From NCBI RefSeq assembly GCF_009914755.1, contig NC_060945.1: a stretch of 64,000 nucleotides of DNA; one strand, written 5' to 3'. This DNA is from the human T2T-CHM13v2.0 reference genome, Homo sapiens. The position numbers and the translations under genes were made by a program. The notes beneath the pieces were generated by a model. It was not told the DNA's origin and did not search any database. It was given only the letters and a program-made list of their open reading frames with translations. Below are positions 55,436 through 64,000 of this stretch, in pieces; the stretch's first letter is position 1; each line of letters opens with the position of its first letter.

Positions 55436-55859
55436 CATAGTCATCTTAACCCTCAGCAACAACCACCACCCTGATCAGTCAGCAGTTATCATCAAGACGA
55501 GAGCCTCCAACAACAAAAAGATAACTCACTGAAGCTTCAGATAACCATTAGCATGTTTTAGCAATAAATTATTTTTAACGAACATGTCTACATTTTTAGA
55601 GATCATGCTATTATACACTTAATAGGCTACAGTATAGTGTAGATATAACTTTTATATGCACCGGGTAACCAAAATATCATGCGACTCATCTCATTGTGGT
55701 GTTTAGAAACCAAATTAGCAGTATCTCTGAGGAAGCCTGTATATGGAAATGTACCTGATGACATCACCTTAGGCTTTAACATATATTCAAGTAAGAAATA
55801 ATTTAAACGATACATATTGCAAAGCATTTCAATAATTCTTGTTTATTTCGATGGAAGAT

Positions 55860-55946
55860 GAGATTTTGTACATTTTTGTATAAAGAGCAGAAGGACTAAC
55901 ACATAGTAGATCTTTGATCAATATTTGTTAAACTAATGAATAAATG
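55860..55946 (+). mobile_element. LINE-2 3' terminus
   Basis: ctaacacatagtagatctttgatcaatatttgttaaactaatgaataaatg. Confidence 0.55.
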
Positions 55947-56117
55947 TATACACAGCTAAATTGTGACTGTTACAAAATTGGGTAATTTGTATATATAAAA
56001 ACATTAGTAAGTTTAATAGTTAATGTATTAAAATATATCTCCTTAATATTCTGTGTCAGAGTGGGAAAACACCAACGTGAATTCAGGGAGAAAAAAAGAT
56101 GATTATTTTTCTGAAAG

Positions 56118-56355
56118 CAGGTTTTCTCAACCTTGGGACTTTTGAAACTTTGGAGGTGGATAATGTTTTGTTGTGCAGAGATACACACATATCATAGGAT
56201 GCTTTGCAGCATCCCTGCCTTCTGCCCACTAGATGCTAATAGCACCATCTTTCAAACTGTGACAATGGAAACTGTCTTCAGATATTGTCTTCAATATTTC
56301 CAGACGGGGTAATTTTGCCCCTGTTTAAAAAAAAAAAAACAAAAAAAAAACCACG
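56118..56355 (-). mobile_element. MER20 (hAT-Charlie MITE)
   Basis: caggttttctcaaccttgggact...gcagcatccctgccttctgcccactagatgctaatagcacc...tgtgacaatggaaactgtcttcagatattg. Confidence 0.85.
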
Positions 56356-56739
56356 TTTCTAAAAAATCATGTGGATGAGAAAGGCCAGGAGTAGCTGAAG
56401 TAGGGGTGAATCCAGTATTTAAACTTAAGTTTAAATCAATCTATTTTGACATGAATCAAGAATCATTTGAATATATTATGATAATGTAAAAAAATTTGAA
56501 TCTGAAACCATACTAGGAACATTCAAATTCTACATTTCTAAATTTCAGAGGTAGATAAAAGGTATCTTAATGTTTTTCATATTTCAATAATTATCAAGAT
56601 AATAATGATAATTTTATGAATAATTACTGCAAAGATCAGCTCATTCAGACTAACAAAGTGAGTTTCAGAAAAACTAGGGCCTTCTCCTAACCCCACAGAT
56701 TCTATTGCTATTTAAGCAGATTCTACTGCTTAAATCATC

Positions 56740-56945
56740 CCATGGCGCCCTCAGGTTCTCATAGGACTTTTTGTTCTTATTCATTTTCTCTCTTCTCTGC
56801 TGCTTTTAAAACTCCACAGAAAGATGTTACAGGTATTTTGTTCACTATTCTGTTTTGTTGTTGTTTTTGTTGTTGTTGTTCCTAGTCTAGGCCCATCTCC
56901 CAACAAGAGTTGAGTAAATGTTTGATAAGTGAATGAATAGATTAA
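56740..56945 (+). mobile_element. LINE-2 3' end
   Basis: aaaactccacagaaag...ttttgttcactattctg...gagtaaatgtttgataagtgaatgaatag. Confidence 0.55.
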
Positions 56946-57784
56946 TAACTTTGCAAGAAATGCAAGTGGTTTATTAGGGAAAAATTAATTGTATTTGGGG
57001 TAGCTGTCATTCACTGAATACTTAGCTCACCTGGTTTTATTTCTTAATTCAGTACTTATTTAATATACTGAACAGTCATCACGTCTCTGACTTCAAGTCT
57101 TCTCAGTTTTTCCATGAATTTCTCTGTAAATCTCATGGTACACTAAATGGTACTTGATCAATATGCCTAACATAGACATCTAATTTTACATTCAAAGAGC
57201 ATGGTGAATGTCCCATATTTATTATATAATTACAAATAGTTTTTAAAAACCACACCTTCAGCAGGAGTGCAACTATCTTCTGCTTGGATAAAAATACAGA
57301 CGTTTCAAACTTTTTAAAGTTCTATTTATGTAATTTGTTAAAAAATCTTTCTGTTACAGAAACATAACTGAGAAGGAACAGATAATATTATGGCATTCAA
57401 ACCATGATATCTATTTGCTTCTTCCTGCCTGTGCTAAATTACTAGCTGAGAGAAACTTCATGTTTGGGCTATCATCTATGCAAACTGAAGGAATAAATAT
57501 GTTCTGCAAATTGATTTTAGAGAATAGACCCTCAGCTGCTGCCAAAATCTAGACATTATTGTTATTAATTATAGTCAAGTTAAGGTTGCATAATTACAGC
57601 GCAGAATAAATTAATACCAAGCTAAGCTGCAGGAAAGAAAGCAAAAACAGTATGTTTTATAATTTTTAAAAAAGTATATATACTTTTGTCTCTGGTGAAA
57701 TAAAATAGGTGGACTCTCAGTAATGGATCATTATGGAGACATGCCAGAGATAACAGTCTTACGTTCATACATTTGCTACGACAG

Positions 57785-57985
57785 TAGTTACCTTATAACC
57801 ACACCTACCATATATTACCTGGTAAATGTGGATACACATTAACTACATTAGCAGATTGAATATTTACAAAGTCAAGAGTAGCAGGACCTATCATATTTCT
57901 AATTTTAGAGATGAGAGAAATGAGACAGAAAGATTACCAAATTTACCTAAATTTACACAATTAGCCAAAGTAACTTTGACTCAGT
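57785..57985 (-). mobile_element. MIR
   Basis: tttctaattttagagatgagagaaatgagacagaaagattaccaaatttacctaaatttacacaattag. Confidence 0.6.
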
Positions 57986-60494
57986 TAAAAAATAATCCAT
58001 AACATAATTCACTCTTTAATTAACTGATTAGGGGATCAATGTTTATTTGGGGGAGGATAACCAGAAAAGTATATTTTATGTGATTTAGTCCAAGACATTA
58101 CTGTATAAAACAAATAGGGTTAAAGCATAGAATGCCATAATGCCAAATTAAAAGAATTAATAACAGTTATTGAGTTTCACTTTTATGCTGTTACAAGAGT
58201 TGAGTGAAAATTAGTGCAGAATAAAATATAGAATTAATGTCTTAAATTCATTTTAATTATATAATGACAATAAAATAGAATTTGAAATTTAAATATATAA
58301 ATAATGTTGTTTGTCTTTACAAGTCAGTTTTTCTTATTTTTTCTCAAGAAACTTTCATAAAAACCATTTTAGAATGATTACATTGATATATTAGACTTTC
58401 ACTATATACATGCTTTAAATTTTCCTCTTGTGTAATATTTAAGATATTACTGATCAACGAAGTGGGTAAAACAGGTAGATAATGGCGGACATAAAAAAAT
58501 ACAGAAGTATTATGTGAACCTCTGCATTATCAAAAATGAATTATGAAACTATTAATTTCATCAGACTTTTTAAGGAGATGTATCTCCAAATAATATCAAC
58601 CCTTTTCTCATCCAGAACTATGAATTTATTCTTGGATACATATTAGCAAAATAATAATTCACAATGTTTTTTAAATTTATGAGTGCCTTTTCAACATATG
58701 ATGGAAGTGAATGTCCGAAACTCATATTCTGTTGAAATGTGTCACGTAACTGTTGATCAATGTCTGTGAAAAATCTGTTTATACATATATTTCTAATCTT
58801 ATGTGAAAATGTCAGAGACAAGTATGTGTCAGAATTAAATTTTTAACACTAACCTTGAATCTAAAGAAATTGGTACTCTAGAAATTCAGTTGACTTACTA
58901 GAATAAATATTTTATCAGTAAAGCAATAATAAATTTCAATGCAAACACAATATAGAACACAAATTCTGAAATATGCCACAGAGTGTTTTAAATAAAGAAG
59001 GCTTGCAAAAGTGTAAAAGACAATCTGATCCTATGTCTTTCAGTTCTATTCTTAGTAAATGATGCTGCACATCTATTCATCCTGTGAAAGTCAAAGAAAT
59101 AGGACTATAAAAAAAATTCACCTCCCTGTCTTTCAATGAGATATTTTTTCTGCGTATTGTTATAGGATTTTTCACATTATACCTTTGTCTTCACTGACAA
59201 GAAATGTGACTGAGGGTCATCAATTGCGTTTTGCAGTTCTATGCATTGGGTCTCATTTTCCATTTTTTTTCTTTATCCTTCACAGTCACAGTTTCTACAA
59301 AATTGCACTAGTCAATTCAATGAAACCTGCAAAGCAGATGAATATGTACCTGGATTTAGATTTCTAAATTAAATTGATGTTCACATTACTTCAAATCAAG
59401 GCCATTAGTAGGAAGAACTCCTGGATATATCTGCTTCTAATAAAACTGCAGAGGATCTAAAAAACTAAATTATACTCAGCCCAAAGACTTTTCACTTTTA
59501 TTTTATGTCAAAATATATAGCATCATTTTCCACAACTAGCATTCATTGCAGAACACCCCTAATTTCCAGGTTTGTCAATCTCAATCAATGGCTGAGTATT
59601 TCAATACCCGATGAAAACAATTAATATCAAAATGGTCCATATGGCTACATTCCAGGGCTTGAAATAATGATTTAGGTTAATACTAAAGTTTTAACACATA
59701 TACTAAAAATGTAATGTACATTTTTAAAGTATTTCAAAATTATACAATTTAGCAGATTAAGGTTGAAATTGTCAAATGAATGTAGTTAGATTCATAAGCC
59801 TCTTGCAGGAATCTGTGATAATTTCCCCTTTTTTAAAATAACTGATATTGTTCATATATTTGTGTTTAGAAACCAGTAGATAACATTTCTTTGAGGGTAT
59901 CTGGTTGGCACAGCTGTATTATAAAACTGAGAAATGAATTATTAACAATTTAATTTGCAATTATGTGAAAGAAAACATTCCACAAAAATAATAAAAATAT
60001 TAATATTTTAAAACTTTTGTATGAGCATAAATAGTGACATGTTACTGTTGCAAAAGTGAAGCATCCAAGGATTATGTAAAAAGCATTTATAGGTTACAAA
60101 CTTAAGATTTTTTTAGTAAAAAGTGAATTAAGCAATAATTAAGCTATTATCACAATAATAGCCTACCTAAACTATAAATTCTCTACATTTTTATATCATT
60201 GTTTACTCACCAATTTCTAATGTCATGTTTCCAAATGATTTGGACTTAGGGGTGGAGGAAATTAAGCACTATAGAATAAATATTCTATAACACACGGAAG
60301 TCTCTATCATGGTAGATATATCCCCATTCACTCCATTTCCAGCAATGGAACTTACTATCTTTCTTTTGGAATATCTAATTTTCACATGGTAGAGTTTCAA
60401 ATTCTGGAATTTATTGGCTTAACCTTAACAGTTTAAAATACAGAACAAAACTGTAAAAATATTTCCACATAGCAGGGTACAATTCTCCAAAGTT

Positions 60495-60615
60495 TTGAGC
60501 TTATAATCACTAAAGGATTCAAAATTATAGATGTAACCCTATTTTTGAAGTAGAAAGAAACAGGCACACAGGGTGATGAATCATCTTCCCGCAAAAGACT
60601 TCTGCAATTTAAACT
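60495..60615 (-). mobile_element. MIR3 remnant
   Basis: aaccctatttttgaagtagaaagaaacaggcacacagggtgatgaatcatcttccc. Confidence 0.4.
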
Positions 60616-61284
60616 AATGGTGAAATGTAGACTTGCAAAAGCTAGTAAGTTTGGTTTCTTGAAATCAACAGATTTGCCAAAACTGTGATTTGCTATTAAG
60701 AGAATAAGGTCCTTACAAATTTAAATATTACAACTGGAAACAACCGTCTAAGAAATGCGAACGAAGGAAGTGGTTTCTGGATATGCACACCTGTGTGCAT
60801 TAAATATCCTGGGCGATTTAACTTTTCAAACTGAGACATAATTTTCAGAACAAATCGAATGAAACAAAACTACAAGTATTATAAGACTGTATGAGGTTCA
60901 ATCAAATTAAAAAATACTCTGTCTTTTTATTAATACAGCGAGTGACAGAGGCAGACACTTAATATTTGCAAGCTTCTAGTACCTGAATTACAAGAAATAA
61001 ACTATGTATTTTAACATTTTTGTTTTGCCCTTTAACCCCAGCTTCAGCACTCTTCACTCATCTATTTCTTTCACCTCTCTCACAATTGTGAATAATATCT
61101 ATAATAAGCATGTGAAGAATGGGATAAATAGAAGAATAAAAGTTTACTAGAGTCTGTCCAAAACACCGTAATATAAACAAAACCAGCAAAACCAGAGATC
61201 CAGAAAACATCTTCTGTTCCTTGAATGAATGACAGGGGCCGGGGAGAAGTTCCGGTTTACTCTGTACTCAGAGTCAGCAACAGA

Positions 61285-61507
61285 AAAGATACCGGGTCTC
61301 TCATTCAAAAAGCACGACTCCTGTACCTATGGAAAGAGGGGTGGGGGAGAAAACTAAGGTCTAGGAGTGAGAAGGGTCAAAACTGGTATATTTGAAAGAT
61401 AGCGGGTCTCCCATTCATAAAGCACAACTCCTGTGCCTACAGAAAGTGGGGATGGGGAACAAATCTAAGGTCTAGGAATGAGGAGGGTCAGAACTGGTAT
61501 ATTTGAA
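61285..61507. repeat. Two-copy ~110-bp diverged tandem duplication
   Basis: Copies start at 61285 and 61395 (aaagata(c/g)cgggtctc...aactggtatatttgaa); about 15 differences by hand alignment. Confidence 0.95.
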
Positions 61508-61614
61508 GTCATTTTTAAGAAGTGGCTTAAAAATTTGGAAATTACAATTTGGAAAGAGTTGGGCTTATATCCTAATTCCATGACTTAATACTAGATTTAT
61601 GAATGTAAGTTATA

Positions 61615-61749
61615 TTTTTTTGTATTTTTTTAATAGAGACGGGGTTTCACTATGTTGGTCAGGCTGGTCTTGCACTCCTTACCTCGTGATTCTCCCGCCT
61701 CGGTCTCCCAAATTGCTGGGATTACAGGCATGAGCCACTGCCCCCGGCC
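61615..61749 (-). mobile_element. Alu left monomer only (AluSg-like), ending at the central A-rich linker
   Basis: tttttttgtatttttttaatagagacggggtttcactatgttggtcaggctgg...acctcgtgat...gagccactgcccccggcc; no right arm. Confidence 0.93.
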
Positions 61750-61759
61750 TGTTATAAAT

Positions 61760-62230
61760 TTTTTTATAATTTTTTAATTAACATATTTATAAGGTATGAG
61801 GTGATTTTTGATGCATGTATACACTCTATAAATATCGAATCAGGGTATTTCGTGTATCCATCTCTATACATTTATCATTTCTTTGTGTAGAGATCATTCA
61901 AAATCATCTTCTAGCTATTTTGAAATATACAAAACAATATTGTTACCCATAGTCAACTATTGTGCAATAAAACACCAGAACGGATCCCTTCTATATAACT
62001 GTAATTTTGTACACATTTACCAATCTCTCCTATCCCTCCTTTCTCCTTATCCTCTTCAGTCTCTGGTAACCACTTTTCTACTCTACTTTTGTGAAATAAA
62101 CTTTTTCAGATTCCACATATGAGTGAGATCATGCTGTACCTGGCTTATTTCATTTAACATAATGTCCTCCAGGTTAATCCATGTCATTGCAAATGACTTG
62201 ATTTCATTCATTTTTATGGCTAATAGTATT
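61760..62230 (-). mobile_element. L1MA (L1MA4/5-like) 3' end
   Basis: catttatcatttctttgtg...tcttctagctattttgaaatatacaa...ttttcagattccacatatgagtgagatcatg...gtcctccaggttaatccatgtcattgcaaatgac. Confidence 0.88.
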
Positions 62231-62779
62231 TAATTATTTTAAACATACACAGAAATGACAACACAATCTAAGAACTGATGGAATGCACGCAGTCACAGTC
62301 CACAACTATTATATCTGAGTCACTTGAGCTTCCTAGGTAATTTTATTTCTTAAGAATAGCCCTAATGGTATGGGTTAAATTGACTTTATCAAAGTTGACG
62401 TTTAAAATAATAGCAAGAGGTGATTGTAATTTGAGAAACGATAATTAACTACAGCATACCAAATCTTGGGCAGTTTTAAAATACCTGGGCCTGAAATGCA
62501 AAAAGTTGTCTTGACTTATTGGTCATTTCCAGGATATTATTTTTATATATGTTATGTATAACTAACTACCCAAGATTTAAACATCTATAAGTTAAATCCA
62601 TACAATTGAGGATGATAGGGGACTTAAAGAATTAGTATTACCAATAACTGTGAGTATCCTAAATAGCTTACTTAGGTGATGCTACAAAGCTCAGGCTTAC
62701 AACTTAATCCCCAGGAAAGCTGCTTTTGCGCTGATGAGCTCCACTGATTCCCTCATGTCCCCCTGTGTGTGACTGGTGC

Positions 62780-62930
62780 TCTAGTGTGTCAACTGAGGGA
62801 CACAAGTCATCTGAGCATCTTGTTAAAATGTGAGTACTGTATCAGTAGTTCTGGGCCCTGAGATTCTGCATTTCCAATAAGCTGCTAGCGGATTCTGATT
62901 CTGAAAGTCCCCAGACCACATTTGGTGAGA
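62780..62930. mobile_element. MER5-type hAT-Charlie MITE
   Basis: cttgttaaaatg...tcagtagttctgggccctgagattctgcatttccaataagctgc...cagaccacatttgg. Confidence 0.7.
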
Positions 62931-63655
62931 TTTAAAAAGTTTTTGAGAGAAACACAGACCAACATGGATTCTGGTTATTTTATTTTGATTATACTTTAAG
63001 TCTCTGGATATTTGTAAAGGACAATTATTAACCATGTATCAGCTGCCACACAATATAGGCCAATACTTATGTTTTGTGTTTAATAATCAACCAAACCACT
63101 GTAGCTAGGTATTGTGAATTTAAGATGTACTTATTTATTTATTTTATTGTGAGTTTGTTGTCTTTATCGTATTTATTTAGTAAGTAAAGTTTCAAAGTTC
63201 TCCAAAGAAAAGGGAAAAAATAGTTGATGCTCAAATTTAGGTATGTCTGATTGCACATTTGTTATGGTTAGCTTCTAAATATGCTGTACTCAGATATATA
63301 AATCAGATAACTTTGAAAAAGTTATACACTTAGGCTAGCCTCTGGATTTCTACAGCTTCTCCATGTAGCTATAAGACAGGGATTTGAAACTGTAGAGGGT
63401 CATGTAACTGAGCTCTTAGCTGATAATCGAAATCACTATCCCTTTTCGATTGTCTTTATTGTGTACGTTGTTGTCCACAGTTTCTGGCCGAGGCCAGCTG
63501 GCCACTACTTAACACATCCATGCTCTCCTGCCTTCAGCAGTTGAATTGTGCAGTCACCAAGAGACAGTTGTGAAGATTCCAAAACATATATATTGTTTGT
63601 TCAAATATTCCCTCAAATGACAAAATATAAATACAAAAAGAAAAAAAAAGAAATG

Positions 63656-63657
<2 letters not shown>

Positions 63658-63693
<36 letters not shown>
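63658..63693. repeat. (GT)n microsatellite, followed by a TA-rich low-complexity tract at ~63743-63800
   Basis: Read directly from the sequence. Confidence 0.97.
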
Positions 63694-63698
<5 letters not shown>

Positions 63699-64000
63699 CC
63701 TAGGAAAGCCAAGTAGAAAATTTAGAAAGATTTTATATGGAGATATATATATATATATATGTTTATATTTATATGTATATATGTTTATATATACATATAA
63801 ATAATTTTTGTACTTTTTACCAAATATCTACTCTTCTAACATAAGGATAAGTTGTTTTAAAAAATGTTCTCAAGAACAGGTAAGGGGCACAAACTAAAAT
63901 TAAACCATTAAAATCAACAAGAATATGCACTTAGGTGGTTTTCTAAGCATCTTGACATTCTCACTCTACTTTTAAAAAAGCAAAAACATTTAACTATCTC

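Noticed and set aside
56118-56355. MER20 as a functional endometrial enhancer
   Set aside because: The family-level association is known, but nothing in this diverged copy shows activity.
61285-61507. CRISPR-like or repeat-spacer array (also considered for 20029-20075 and 25954-26014)
   Set aside because: Only two copies each, no series of unique spacers, no cas genes, and a primate nuclear context.

Overview
This is AT-rich, CpG-poor primate genomic DNA, probably catarrhine (human or ape) because AluY copies are present. It looks like a gene desert or a very large intron. I find no intact protein-coding gene, structural RNA gene or CpG island. Every ORF I can recognise is a decayed transposon ORF (L1 ORF1/ORF2, Tigger1 transposase, MaLR internal sequence, Alu read-through) or chance. 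The window is mostly a layered fossil record of mobile elements: a near full-length L1PB (1-5640), an end-less antisense L1 fused to an orphan MST-internal fragment (12010-15420), an old L1M > L1MA4A-like > AluY nest (27.7-30.6 kb), solo LTRs (MLT2A2, MLT2D, MER34-group, MLT1, LTR41-like), a 5'-inverted L1PA15/16, full-length Tigger3b, a Tigger1 split by AluJ+L1+AluY, and many MIR/L2 remnants. I cannot support a new biological system. The best leads are: a double fold-back (templated inverted insertion) repair scar inside Tigger1; a possible ~14 kb ancient inversion that would reunite two orphan MSTA pieces; an exon-like CpG-bearing 130-nt segment with a Kozak ATG on the minus strand (23373-23502); a 110-bp diverged tandem duplication; and several atypical retrotransposition products. 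Repeat subfamily names come from my recollection of consensus sequences, not from a RepeatMasker run.
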